Positions 12,820 through 29,224 of a stretch of 64,000 nucleotides of DNA are shown here, one piece after another (within the stretch, counting starts at the first letter, position 1; every line of letters begins with the position of its first letter). The DNA is from Salpingoeca rosetta. Its lineage: Eukaryota; Protista; Choanoflagellata. A program made the translations under genes and the position numbers. The stretch is from contig JAWQFM010000007.1 of NCBI GenBank assembly GCA_033442325.1, forward strand, positions 69,007-133,006, given 5' to 3'. The notes under the pieces were generated by a model that did not search any database, was not told where the DNA came from, and worked only from the letters and a program-made list of their open reading frames with translations.

Positions 12820-12941
12820 TCAGGATGCGGCCGGGATGACATCGCGCCCTTCTGCGCCGTAACGGTACTTTGTCATTTTGTCGGCCGGCTTGAGAATCTG
12901 GTCAAGACACAAAGCGTATGTGTGTGTGTGTGTGTTTGCGA

Positions 12942-12988
<47 letters not shown>

Positions 12989-13584
12989 CGTATGAATGTG
13001 TATGTGTGTGTGTGCGAGAGAGAGAGTGTGTGTGCGAGTGTGCGTATGAATGTGTATGTGTGTGTGTGTGCGAGTGTGCGTATGAATGTGTATGTGTGTG
13101 TGTGTGTATGTGTGTGTGTGTGTGCGAGCGTGTATGTGTGTGTGTGTGTGTGCGAGCGTGTATGTGTGTGTGTGTGTGCATGTGGTGAGCAGCGGCTGGC
13201 TATGGGCTTGATCAAAGGTTGTCACAGACACAGACACAGACACACACCTACAAACACACACCTACACCCACACCCACACACCCACACACCCACACACACA
13301 CCCACACCCACACACCCACACACCCACACACACAGACCCCCCGACACACACACACACACACAGACACACACATTCATGCATATTCACTCCTCCCCGTCCC
13401 TTCTGCGACCCTCTCCTCCCAAAAGGGTGCTCACGTGGAAGCGGCACATGAGGTCCTTGTCAACTTGCATCATCGCCCCGGCATTGTCGAACTCGCCTGC
13501 GCACAAGGGAGGGGAGGAAGCGGGGGTTAGATTGGAGAACAAGCGAGGTCTACGGCACAGTCATACAAAGACCATCAAGTTACC

Positions 13585-13616
<32 letters not shown>

Positions 13617-13905
13617 TACACGCATTGAAATACTCACCGCAGTAGTTTGGAGCGCTGAAGACTGTGACAAGCTGGCGGTTTGCAAAGAACTCGTAACCGT
13701 CCTCCACAACCTGTCGAGGGTGGTCGTGGCGTGTGGGTGAGCTTGCAGCTTTGCACGCGTCACAACGGCTGGGAAGAGGGGCGAAAAAATACATAACAAC
13801 GAACAAGGGCACAGCATCGAAACACACAAACACACACAAACACACACGGACACACACACAGACACACACACACACACACACACAACACACACAGACACAC
13901 ACACA

Positions 13906-13944
<39 letters not shown>

Positions 13945-14447
13945 CAACCACCACCACCACCACCATGCCGCACCTGGTGTGCGCGGCAGATGAGATCGAG
14001 GTCGTGCTGGTGGAGGAAGCGCTCGACAATCGGCGCACCAAACGTGAACGAGACGCCGCGGTCGTTCTCGCCCCAGTGCTCCACCTCCTTCTCCGGATCG
14101 CTCCACATGAGGTCGCACAGCAGGCCCGTGTCGGGGACGTCTGTTGGGCGCTGGATGCTGGTGATCTGGTCCATGGTCTGCAGGTCGGGGGAGAGGCCGC
14201 CGTGGCAGCAGAAGATCTTCTCGCCCACGATGGCGGCGACAGGCAGGCAGTTGAAGCAGTCCGTAAACGTCTTCCACAACTTGATGCTGTACCGCCGCTT
14301 GCCTGTGGTGGTGGGGGTAGCACGCGATGAGCACGTGTGTGTGTGGGGAAGGGAAAGGCAGGAAAGGGAAGGCTCACCAACAGACGCAGACGCAGACAGA
14401 GAAGCAAACGCAGACACAGACGCAGACACAGACACGGATACACATGC

Positions 14448-14491
<44 letters not shown>

Positions 14492-15745
14492 ACACAGGCA
14501 GACAGACAGACACACACACATGCCGGCTAACAAACGGACATTCGTCGTAGAAGCCGTAGATGCGGTTGATGGATGCGCACTCGTGGTTCCCGCGGAGGAG
14601 GAAGATGCGGTCCGGGTACATGATCTTGTACGCCAGCAGCAGGCACACTGTCTCCAGCGACTGGCAGCAGCAGCAGCGTAAGTGCACAGAGGAGGACGTG
14701 AGGTGATGGAAGGAGGCAGAGACGAACGGACACGTGCAAACAGCCAGATGCATGGTTGTGGTGCCAACCAAGCGGCGGGCAAAGCAAGCACATTGACAAA
14801 CAGCGGACAGCTAGCAACAAGCTGGGCTCCACACAACGCGTGCACACACGAACACACACACACACATACACGAACACACACACACACATACACGAACACA
14901 CACACATACACATACACTTACACGAACACACACACACACACGTACACACATACACGAACACACAGGCACGCACTTGTTTGCCGCGGTCGACGTAGTCGCC
15001 GAGGAAGAGGTAGGGCTGGGCAGGCGGGAAGCCGCCAAACTCAAACAGGCGCAGCAGGTCATAGTACTGGCCGTGCACATCACCTGATACAGCGCCGAAG
15101 CGCCGAAGCGACAAAACCAAACGACCACAACAATGAGACCACCCATCATCAGTGTCGGGAACACAGCCCAGCCTGGAGTCACACTACACCCCTCCCCCAA
15201 ACGAATGCAAGCGCGCGATGGCCCGGACCCACAGCCAGCCGTGTGCTCACCGCATATTTGGACGGGCGCGTCGACCTTGAGGAGAATGGGCTCGTTCATA
15301 AACGCCTCCCGTGCACCAATGCACAGGGCACGAATCTCAGCCTCGTCCAAGGTGACTGTCTTTCCGGGACGGCATCCCCTCACTGTTTGTCGGTGTTGTT
15401 GTTTGTCGTGAGTGTCGTTGTTGTCGCGAGTGTCGTCGTTTCAACGGCAAAACGCGGCGCAAAAACGTGAGCACGCCAACAACAAGCACAACAACAACAG
15501 CAGGGATAACAACAACTTAAACAACAACTTAAACAACAACAACAACAACTTCAACAACAACTTAAACAACAACAACAACAACTTAAACAACTTCAACAAC
15601 AACAACAACAACAACAACAACTTAAACAACAACAACAACAACAACAGTAACGCAGCCAGATACAAAGCAAACAGCACGTAGAGCACTGCGCACCTTCGAG
15701 GAGCCTGTTCACAATGTCCTGCACATCGACGTCCAGATCAGCCAT
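12820..15745 (-). CDS. PPP1C: Serine/threonine protein phosphatase PP1 catalytic subunit
   Basis: Spliced [98 protein letters not shown] at 15745; last exon ILKPADK...stop at 12820. Confidence 0.96.
15478..15646. repeat. (AAC)n repeat with TTA/TTC interruptions in PP1 intron 1
   Basis: Directly visible. Confidence 0.9.
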
Positions 15746-16087
15746 GATGCCAAGCGCCAACAGCAACAAAGCAACACACAAAGATGTAACAGCCGCGCTC
15801 CGCGATTGACGAATCAAAAGTGCGCACAGGGGGGACGCTGAAGCAGCGAGTGTTGCTCCTTCTACTCTGCAGACAAGACACGAAGGCTGACTGAGATGGG
15901 TGTTTGGCAGTCGTGTGTTTGGTTGTGTTTGGGAGGGCGGCGACGACAACACAGCAGCAGCGCCAACCAAGGAAAAATAAAAAAATCTGCACTGCGGTTG
16001 TAGAGAATTAATTGAAGATACACATATTATTCCGCAGATCACGGAACAGGAGGAATCCGCGACCACACGAGACTGAGAGGAAGCATC

Positions 16088-19000
16088 ATGGGGGACGCTG
16101 ACGAGCGGTACAATGCGTGGTTTCCACGCACACCACCGCGGGAGTGTGGGCTGAGGGTGGTGTGTTTCCACGGAGCAGGGTGCTCGGACACTGTCTACAC
16201 GATCAGCAGGGTTGCTGGTAAAATGGCGCATAACCCGCTCCTCGCGTGGCAACAGGACGAAGGTTTGTTCGTTGTTCAGTGTGAATGTGAATGTATGTAT
16301 GTGTGTGTGAATGTGTGTGTGTGTGTGACTGTGTGAGAGAGAGAGAGAGAGAGAGTGTGTGTGTGTGTGACTGTGTGTGTGTGTGTGATTGCGATTGCCG
16401 CTTGACCCCAGCTGAGGAGATGCGCGTGCGTGTGCATGTGTGCGCACGCAAGAGCAAGTGTCACAGTCCGCCTTCACGCTCATCAATCCTTGTGCGTTGT
16501 TCTGTTGTCTTCTTCTGCTGGCTTGGGTAGAGAACGATGTGCAGGTGCTTGGGGTGCAGTTGCCCGGACGTGATCAGCGGCACAGCGTCCCGCCGTTCAC
16601 CAGCATCAACGACATTGTCGATGCCTTTGTTGCAGACTGTGGCCATTTGTTCAACACCCCATACGTATGATCAACTTGATGCGTGACGTGTGATGTGACG
16701 CGGTTTAGGACGTGGTCCGTGGACTGGCCATCACTGGCGTGTTGTGGTGGTGTTCCGTATGGTGTCACTTGGATGTTGCGCTGTAGCGATGCACACATGC
16801 ACCAAAGTTTGCACTCAAAAAATACACACTCACATGCACGCGCACACGCACGCAAACACACTCATACAAACGCACACACGCACGCAAACACACGTATACA
16901 AACGCACACACGCACGCAAACACACCCATACAAACGCACACATGCACGCAAACACGCACACAAACGCATGCGCAAACACGCACACGCGATCAGGTCCTGG
17001 TTGGCCATTCCGTTGGCAGCTGGATCGCGCACGGCGTGGCCAAGAAGTTGATGGCGCAAGGATACGAGCCCCCTCTCCAGCTCTTCGTTTCCGCGTTTCC
17101 GCCGCCCACCATCCCAGCAGCCAAGCGCCCTTGGAACTCATCAAGGCGCGTCCGCATTGCTGGTTGCTTTGCACATGCGTCTCCATGTTTATCCCCACAA
17201 GCACGCCGCGCCACACGATTCTTGGACGTCCTCTCTCATTGTAATAATGTAACTCTGCATCCTTTCGCTCTACAGGGTAATGTCGGATTCAGAGCTGCAG
17301 GCGGAAGCGCGCGCGTGGGGCGTCAACCCGGTTGTGTTCCAGCAGCACGTCTGGTCCACGTATGCGCCCCTCTTCCGTGCAGACTTTCGCCTCTTTGACG
17401 AACAACGCCCCATGGTGTGTGTGTGTATGTGTGTGTATGTGTGTGTGCGGGTGAGAGAGAGTGTGTGTGGTTGTGTGTGTGTATGTATGTGGTTGTGTGC
17501 GCGTGCGTGCTTGCTGGTGGCTGTGTGCGTGTCTGTCGTTTGTGGACGCATTCATGCAAGCAATTGTGCCAGGAGTGTACCAATTCCTTCCTTCGACACA
17601 CCACGGGCTTAACCCCCACCCCCCGTTTCATTCATCCCATTTCCCTGCCTGCAGTCGTCGGCGGACGCGTGGCTTGGAAGCGTCCCCATCCACGTCACAG
17701 GCGCCTCGCACGACACCCGCATCATGCCCCATTTGCTGAGTGAGTCCGAGCATTGCAGCGTTGCCGCGTTGCCGTCTATTCCTCGTGTTCGTTGATGTAC
17801 GTCATCGTTGCACTGCATATGCAACATACCTGCCCGACTTCCTGTGTTCTCTCCTTCAATCGCGTCTCACACACCACCGACCCCACACGCCATTCTTGTG
17901 TTGCGTGTGGTGCTGCAGACGGGTGGCGGAAGCTGTCGTCGCACTGCAGCGTCGATACCGTCGATGGCGGACATCTCTTCGTCTTTGATGCACCGGCACG
18001 CGCCAGCGTAAGGGCATGGACGGGGGGAATGCATTTTCGGGAAAGGAGAGTTATGCGACACACACACACACACACACATACATACAGTATCTATCTCACT
18101 CTCACACACACACATGTACAATATCTACCTCACACTCGCACACACACACATACACACACACACATACATACATACAATATCTACCTCACACTCACACTCA
18201 CACACGTTTATTCACACACACACATGCGCACACATGCACACACATGCACACACACACACTCACCCCGCGCCTCATTCCCCTCCGTCTTTGCTCTCGCCAA
18301 CTCCGGCGGTGCAGTGGTTTGATATGATCATCAAGGGTGTCGATGCGTTGACAATATCGCGCCTGACGCCGCAGGTGCTCCTGCATGACGTCATCAGCTC
18401 CATCGTCAACCACGGCACCGCCCCCTCCATCGACCGCCTCGCACGCGCCCACAGCGAGACTGCAGAGACCATCACCACCGCGCTGTGCTCGCTGCCCGGC
18501 GTCGTCGTGCACCCGCTCCTGGCAAGCGTGGTCGAGGTGCAGCCCTTCTCGCTCGTGCCGTCGTCTGTCTGTATCCGCAGCCACATCTCCGACGCAACGT
18601 GGTGGGCGCCGACGCTGTTTGCTGCGCTCGGTGCTGCTGGCACGGCGCTGGCCGAACAGCCGCTGCTGTCCATCACGTGCTCTGTTGGCGGCGCTGAGCA
18701 GCAGGCGAGCATTGTCGTGCGCCACGGCCAGCTGTGCGGCGTCGACCAGGTCGACAGCGATGATGGTGGTGATGGTGGTGGTGTTGGCGATGGTGACGGC
18801 GAGGAGAGCGGCATTGGCAGCAGGAGCAGCCGGCTCGATGCTCATGGTGACGCCGTGCAAAGCAGTGACGTGTCTGACCTGGAGGCCGAGATACAGCGGG
18901 CGCTGCGGCTGCACGACCAGACCACCACCGCCTCCGTCGCCCTTCCCTCATCCTCGTCAGCACCACTGGCATTGTCATCGTCATCGTCATCGTCGTCGTT

Positions 19001-19505
19001 TGGTGCGCGAAGGAACAGCAGCGCCGTGACCGGCCAACATCACATCGACGAGCGAGGTGCTGTGCACGGTGCCCGCCGCCGCCACAGCGAGCAGCACGCA
19101 CCAGCTGCCTTCACGTCATCATCGTCAGCATTATCGTCGTCGTCATACCCAAGCAGCGCGCGTGGTAGCGGTGGGCGCGGGTGCATTGAGCTGAGCGCGG
19201 CCCAACTCGACCGCTGCTATGTGTACTTCCTCGTCGACCCCGTGCCCGTTATCGATGAGCAGGGACGCGAGCAGGAGATGAGGGCGCACACGCCGATGGC
19301 GCAGGAGTCAGCTGTACACCATGTGGATGTTGGATATGGCACGACGCTGCTGCTGTCCAACAAGGTTGCGCATGCGTGGCGTGAGCAGCACCACATGCCG
19401 TCAGGGCGCATTCTGCCGCTCGTGTCCGCCTTTGAGCTCGCCAAGCGCTGCTTTGCTTTCGCGGCTGTGCACGACCCGCAGACAGTAGGCAGCAGCGGGT
19501 GGTGA
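16088..19505 (+). CDS. Type II thioesterase (GrsT/OLAH-like) fused to a C-terminal MerB (organomercurial lyase)-like domain
   Basis: Exons from 16088 give VVCFHGAG, VQLPGRDQR, VLVGHSVGSW, LFVSAFPPP, FRADFRLFD, GASHD, DGGHLF. The last exon (18315-19505) continues without a stop into LHDVISSIVNHGTAPSI..L..GVVVHP..QPFSLVPS..TWWAP..ALG..YFLV..TLLL..HHMPSG..FELAKR. Confidence 0.8.
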
Positions 19506-20228
19506 TGAGGACGGTGGATGGGGGTTAGCGATCATGGTGGTGACGCTGACGGTTGTGGAGGTGGCGATGAAGATGCTGGTTGTGAAAGTGGTTGTGAAAG
19601 TGGTTGTGAAAATGGTGGCGGTGCGAGCTTGAGGTCTTGCACACTGCGTCGTTTCGTGGTGTTGTGAGGTGTAGCAAGATAGGTTTCATTCTATTGTGTC
19701 GTGTTTCGACTGTGGCTGCACGCTTGTATTGCTTGTTTGACCTATTGGTTGAATTTGGCGACACTGCATGTACGACACCATATGTTGTACTGTATTGTAT
19801 TTGTTGAAAGGGTATTTACTACCTCTGCTTCGCTCGTGTGCGTCCAAACAACCGTTTTGTTTTGGTCTCATGACCGGGCTGTGTATGATGTGTTGTTGTG
19901 TGCAATTGACACCTCTCTTCTCCCTGTGATGGCACGTTGGCAGTGCCATTATTGACATGTGTAAACGCCGCTGTAATCCCAGAGCACTATGAAGTTGGTA
20001 CACAGAATCCAATAACAAGCGAGTGACACGGCGTAGAAGGAGGAAGCGAACAAACGAAACAACCTTTGGGAGAGGGGACGAGCCAGGAATACCAACAAAC
20101 AACTCGAAACAGGCAAGCAGCAAAGTAGGTTCACGTCGACAGCTGGACGGGCGGACGGACAAGCAGACAGCGAGCGAGAGAAAGGCACAGACAGACAGAC
20201 AGACACATACACACACACACACACACAG

Positions 20229-20289
<61 letters not shown>

Positions 20290-20305
20290 GAGCACTTCAT
20301 TCATA

Positions 20306-22563
<2,258 letters not shown>

Positions 22564-24364
22564 AGCGGTTATTGATGCGGTGCAAAGTGGGGAGAGAACA
22601 GAAGAACTAGCCAGGGAGCAGAGATGTGGAGTGGGGGTTCCTGTCGGCAAACCAAGATGTGGTAAAGCGAAGTCGGATAGTGTGCTCTTTGCTGGGTGAT
22701 GATAGCCGTCGTCTTTCTGGCACTTGCAGGGAGTCGGTTGGACGGACGGTATGAAGACGGGTCAACAACTGGTGACGCGGTGTGCGGGAAATGCAAGATG
22801 AGAAATGCAGGATGGAAGGATGGAGGGTGTTGTGAGCCAACGGTCGCACACTGCGCAGCCAAGGCGTTGCAGGAGAGGGCGAAAGGCACAGCCGAAGGAA
22901 GATGCAGCCAGAGGCACGCGAAATAGTGCGCGCGCACCCGCGTGCGTGCGTGCTTGTGCGATGCAGTGCGGCAGTGCGCATGCGAGTGTTCATGTGCTTG
23001 CGTGCGAGTGTTCGCGTGTTTGTCTGTGTGTGCGAGTGTGCGAGGGCGTGCACATGCTTGCTTCTGCGCTACTGCACAGCACACCACGCGTGCGCACGCC
23101 TTTGCGCACGTCTAAACGCGGGCGTGGCTGGCCATCACCATCACCACTGTCGAGATGCCACTGTGTCTGAGCTGGAACAGCCTCACCCATACATGCATGT
23201 GGGGCGACCACGTGAAAACCATCCAGCACCCGCGAGTCTCGGAACAGCAGCAGCAACATCAATCAGGTCTGTCATCGCGGGCGAACGCCTGGAAGTGTGC
23301 AAGCAACCGTGGTCGGGTGGGGCGCAGCGGGCAAAGGAAAGGGCTGTCACAGCTGTGCGCAGTGGGTTCACATGTTGTGTGACATGGTGTAAACGCAAGA
23401 ATAAGTGTTCTTGATAATCTTCAATCAGCATGCGACCGTGCAGCAACACACAACCTACTCAGCTCGTGCTCCAATCAATTGCAACGCACCGCCATCATCA
23501 CTGCGGCCATCCATCTTGGTCGTCATTGTCATCATTGTCATCATTCAGCAGCCGCGAAATTCAAAACGCACCGTTACTTTTGCAAGCGAAGCAGGCGGTT
23601 GATTGATGTATTTGACACAACTTACAATGCATCGTGCCGCCCTCTCTCACTCGCTCGCCCGTTCGAGGGTTGGTGAGCAGCTGCAACAACGAGCAAGAGC
23701 TGGGCCATCTATGAATAGATGACGATAGACAATGGCATCTGCAGGCAGGCAGGAAGCGAGTCGAAGGTGCGTGAGCGAGTGTTTGCATGCGCTCATGATT
23801 GCGATTGCGTGAGTGTTGTTTCCGCACTGCAGCCACCCATGCAAGCAGAGCACTGCCGCAGCACCTGCGCCCTGCAAAGCCAACAAACAACCTTCTCAAG
23901 CGTTTGTCATGTTCATGGATCAATCATCATAGACATTCACTCATAGCACCCATCCCTATCTGGCGAGCTAGGTTCACTGCAACCCACCCACCCTTTAGGT
24001 TTCTCACCATCTCCATTGTTTCTATTGATTATGCCTCTCCCATCCCAACTACACGGCCAGGCCGAACGCACCCTGTTCGTGATTGGACGGCAAACACCCA
24101 TACCCATGCCACACCATCAGCATCAGAACACCAAAGTACCAGAGCACGAGCGCATCAGAGCATCAGTACCGCGCGCGATGAACTCAGGATGTGAGCGAGC
24201 AAGTGGCGGCGGCTTCGCCAATGTGTCCATTTTTATCGTCATCTAGCGACCGCATCGACCACACACAATACAGCGCGTGGACGTTGCTTTGTGTGAGCCC
24301 CTGACACCATCATATCCCGATATCTGCATCACACGTGAGCCGAGACAAGAAGACAAGACCCGAC

Positions 24365-25456
24365 ATGACCTGCCAGGTGCTGCTTCTGTTTGGCATTGGC
24401 CTTGCCCTGACGCGGCTGCCTGCGGCTTTCGCCCAGTGTGAAGACCACGTGAGTCCGCGACTGTGTGCTGCAGACCCGGAATGCGAGGTGTCTGGCACGT
24501 GCTCTGCTGTGAGGCAGCTGTGCGCGGCGCCACTCGCCGTCCCTTGCAGCGCCCGTCCAGGCTGTATCATCAACGACGACGGACAGTGCGTGAATGAATT
24601 TGAATGCTCCACCCATGATGTAAGTACACAAGCTGGTTCTGTGCGCGAGTATGCGCTTGGGGGAAGGGACTGCGAATGCCATGAAAATGTACATCATCGC
24701 CTGCTCTGTTTGCGTTGAACACGAACGCGCACGCGCACGCATTGTATTGCTTTTGTATTGGTTCTCTCTCCCTTCCTACATACATACACACACGCACACG
24801 CGCGCCCTCACTCACACGTCTGCCTGTCTTCACCCGCGTCGCTGTGTATGCGTGAGCAGGACCAGCTGTCGTGCCGGCGAACGCCGCTGTGTCTGTGGTT
24901 TTTCACGTGCGTGCCGCGCGAGGGTGGAGATACCACAAGCACCACCGAGGCAGAGCCGACAACAGCAGAGCCGACAACAGCAGCGACGACAACGACGACC
25001 TCGGAGACGACAGCGTCCACCACCACGACATTGGCTGAGAGCTCAACGATGCACTCTTCCACGCACGAAGCAACAACCACCAGCACCACGGCTACGGAAA
25101 CCACGACTGAAGGCGACGAGAGCGGGTCTGGAGAGGCGACACTTGAACCAACTATTCCCTCCTCATCCTCATCAACACCATCCACCGGTAACACGACGAA
25201 CACCACCACTGCCGGCAACAGCAGCAGCACAACGGCGTTCATCAACCTTGGCACGCTCTTCCCAGCCGCTGCTGGTGCTGAGGGGAGTGCCACCGTGAAC
25301 ACGGCCTCGGAGGCTGCTTCTGGCCACGCCGCCATGAGCGGAAACGTGGTGGTGGCCGTTGCCATTGGACTCGCTGCGCTTGTCATTGCTGGCCTCCTCA
25401 CCTACTTCCTCCGGCGCTCATCGCAGCCGGAGGCACAGGCCGGCGAGGACGTGTGA
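24365..25456 (+). CDS. Single-pass mucin/proteoglycan-like surface protein B (paralog of A; one 12-Cys module, Thr/Ser stalk, ESGSGE, TM, tail ending GEDV)
   Basis: Exon 1 24365-24619 (MTCQVLLLFGIGLALTRLPAAFAQC...FECSTHD, donor gtaagt); exon 2 24860-25456 (DQLSCRRTPLCLW...). TM VVVAVAIGLAALVIAGLLTYFL. Confidence 0.85.
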
Positions 25457-25635
25457 GAGACGTGGTTGTGTGTGTGTGTGTCTGTGTGTCTGTGCGTGCG
25501 CGTGCGTGTGTGTGTCTGTGTGCATATGTGAGTATGTGAACGTGAACGTGCATGTGTCTGTGTTTGGTTGGTTGGTCGTCACCATAAACAAGCATCAACT
25601 CTGCAAAAGTAACGGAAACCAACAAGCGAAGCAAG

Positions 25636-27233
25636 ATGACAACAATGATTCAGGCTGTGGCGGCGGGCTCTGTGCGGATGGTGCGAGAGCAGATGGAACA
25701 AGGGGCAGACATCAACTCGGCCGGATCCGAAGGGCTGATGCCCCTCTGCGTCGCAGCCTTCTGGGGCCACCTTCCACTCGTCGAGGTGTGTGTGTGTGTG
25801 ATGTGATGTGATGTGATGTGATGTGATGTGTGTGTGTTTGTGTGTGTGTGTGTGTCTGTGTGTGTCTGTGTGTGTCTGTGTGTGTCTGTGTGTGTCTGTG
25901 TGTGTCTGTGTGTGTCTGTGTGTGTCTGTGTGTGTCTGTGTGCGTCTGTCGTTGTGTGTGTGTGTGTGTGTGCGTCTGTGTGTCTCCCCCTCTGTCTCTG
26001 TCTCTGTCTCTCCCTCTCCCTCTCCCTCTCCCTCTGTCTCTGCCTCTGTCTCTGTCTCTCTCCCTCCCCTCTCTATGCAGGCACGTGCGTACACACGCAT
26101 CCATGCGTGTGCTGCCTCGTGTGCTGCTGTTGTCTCATTGCCGCCGCCACCCAACTGCCACATGTTCCTCTCGTCAGATGATGCTGGAGAACGGTGCAGA
26201 TGTGAACGTGCAGAACCCAAGCAACAAGTGGACGCCGCTCCACGCTGCTGCGATTCAAGGCACGCGCCAGCATCACGTCCAGCCCCTCGCTTCGCTTTTT
26301 GCCATGAAAGCTTCTGTTCACACGCCACGTCTTCACCTCTCACTTCACGCTCTGTCTTGCGCTTCTCCAGGTCACGGTAAGGTGGTGTTTGCCTTGATGG
26401 ATCACAACCCAGACACCACGCTGGTGGACGCCAACGGCTGCACTGCCGGTCCGTAAGCGATGGTGGCGCGTGCGAGTGAGTGAGTGAGTGAGTGAGTGTG
26501 TGTGCGTGTGTGCGTGTGTGAGTGAGTGAATAAGCGAGAGCATGGGTGCGTGCGTACATGTGTGCCCATGCGTATGGTATCGGAAGTGCGTGGTGTGCCA
26601 ATGTCTGTGTGCAAGTGCTGTGAATCTGCCTGACACTGGAACAAGCCGCCTATCTCACATCGCCGACATGCGCTGCCATTCTCCCTTACGCCTCTGCCTT
26701 GAGTGCAGCGGACTATGCATCGGCGCTTGATAACGTGTGGCCACACTTTGCTGCGGCGGGACACACACGCACGCCCAAGCCAGAGCTCATCAAGAAGGGC
26801 ATCATCTTCAAAGTGCCAAAGAAGGTGCGAAAGCACTTGTGTGCATGCGTGCGTGCGTATATGCGTGTGTGTGCATGCACTTTTGTGCGTACGTACGTAT
26901 GTGTATGTGTGTGTGCTAGCGTGCACAAACGTTGCTCATTGCCTTGTGTTGGCTCAAGCTGTGTCATCACCATTGTTGTGGAACGTGACAGACGCACGAC
27001 CACGTCATGGCTGCGTCCCACCTCAACCGACCTGGTTCTGCATATGCGGTCCGCCAGCGTCCTCTTTACGGTCAGTCATGAAACCATACGCACACATGGT
27101 TGGTGTGTGTATGTGTGTGTGTGTGCGTGCGTGTGTGTGTATGTGTGTGTACGTGCTTGCGTGTATGTGTATGTGTGTGTGTCTGTCTGTCTTTGCTCTG
27201 TCTGTCTGTCCGTCACACACACACACTATCTCA

Positions 27234-27272
<39 letters not shown>

Positions 27273-27457
27273 GCACACACACACATTATCTCGCCCTCCA
27301 CACTGCCCTGCGTCTCCACATGTACATGTGCTTGCGCTTCGTTGTGCTATGTGCCCCTGCAGGGCGGGACACGTCCCACGGCGATGTGCTGGCAGAGGAG
27401 GACGAGGGCGATGGCGGCCAGCACCGCAGCAGCGTACCAGAGATTCTCCGCTCCTGA
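25636..27457 (+). CDS. Small ankyrin-repeat protein
   Basis: Spliced [62 protein letters not shown]. The 3' exon structure is less certain. Confidence 0.8.
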
Positions 27458-27460
27458 TGC

Positions 27461-27507
<47 letters not shown>

Positions 27508-27518
27508 ATACACATACA

Positions 27519-27570
<52 letters not shown>

Positions 27571-27979
27571 AACGCACACGCGCGCACGCACGCACACACT
27601 CACACATACACACACGCGCACGTACGCACGCACACGCACGCACACACACACGCACATGTGCTGGTTGCAGCTTGTAGATGAATTGAGAGTGCCAAGGTTA
27701 TGTTACGTTTGCGTGGTGACATTCCATTACATGACTTCTTTGTCGTCCTCTATTTAGGCGAAGGGATAAGGAAAGAATGGAACACTAACACATGCACTAA
27801 CAACGCAAGCAGCGCGCAACACGGCAGCAGCGGACAAACACAAGCCTGTGTAGCCGGCATGTATGTACAAAGGCATAGCAGTCAAACCCAAAGGCACAGC
27901 GACAACAACAACAACAACATGAACAGCAAACATCAGCAACAAACATCATCAACAAACACCGAACAACCAACAACAAAGG

Positions 27980-28307
27980 TTATGCCTCGAGTGCGGGGAT
28001 CATCTGCTTCTTCCTGCTGAGAACACCGTGCAGCACAACGTGCAGCTCCCCATCCTCCGTCTCGCTCACCGACGCCTTGATCCCGGCCTTGCTAAACGCG
28101 TCAGACACGCGCGCAGCCTCCACTTGGTCGTCCGTGACAAGGACAGCGCGACCGGCAGTAATGTCCACCACAAAGAAGAGCACGCGGTCGAGACTTTCGC
28201 GCGCTTTCACAGTGTGGGCGGCTTCAAGGATGTCTTTGCTCCGCGCCAGCACGCTGGGGCCGTGTGTCGTCTCAACCACACTCACTCGTGTACGCCTGGT
28301 GTGTGCG

Positions 28308-28382
<75 letters not shown>

Positions 28383-29147
28383 TAAGTGAGTGTGTTTGGG
28401 GGTGGTCGCAGTGGATAAGAGAGGACAAGGCAAGCACACACAGTCAACACAAACGTGCCCAGACGACTCCACTCTCCCGCCCGTCAAGAACACATCAAAG
28501 GGGTTGCTACGTACTCTCCGTGCAGGGTGTATGTCTTCGAGTCGAGGAGAACGAGCTGTTCGCCAGAGAGGTGCGACACGCGGCTCTTGGCCTCCAGCAT
28601 CGCTGGTCCGAGCTCGGCAGCAGACACGCCTGGCGGTGTTGGCGGAGGCCGGGGGGTGAGGGAAAGGGGGCGTTTGTTGGGGTTTGAAGGGCGTGGGGAA
28701 AGAAGCCAAACGAGGGAAGAGGAACGCAAGCAGGCGGGTAGGTAGGTAGGTATGTGAAGACGCAGACAGACACAGACGCACACCCTCAGACACAGACGCA
28801 GACACACAATACAAACATACATACGCAGACACAGACACACACACACACACACACACCGACACACCTGCGATTGCCTCGAGCTCCTTGGCGGCCTGCTCGT
28901 CGGCGTCGGTGGTGGTGACGCTGCGGAAGTGGAGAGAGTCCGAGAGAATGCACGCCAGCATGAGCTGGGCAACCTCCGGCGTGATGGTGTAACCCTGGGC
29001 AAGCGGTGGCAGGTGACGGGGTGTGGTGATGTGGTGGAAAGCAGTGGTGATGCAGTGTATGAGGGAAGAGGCCGTGTGGAACAAAAAGAAAGGCTGCGAC
29101 AATGTCTGCAGTGTGCAAAGGTTGCATCCACACACGCACACAGACAA

Positions 29148-29224
<77 letters not shown>

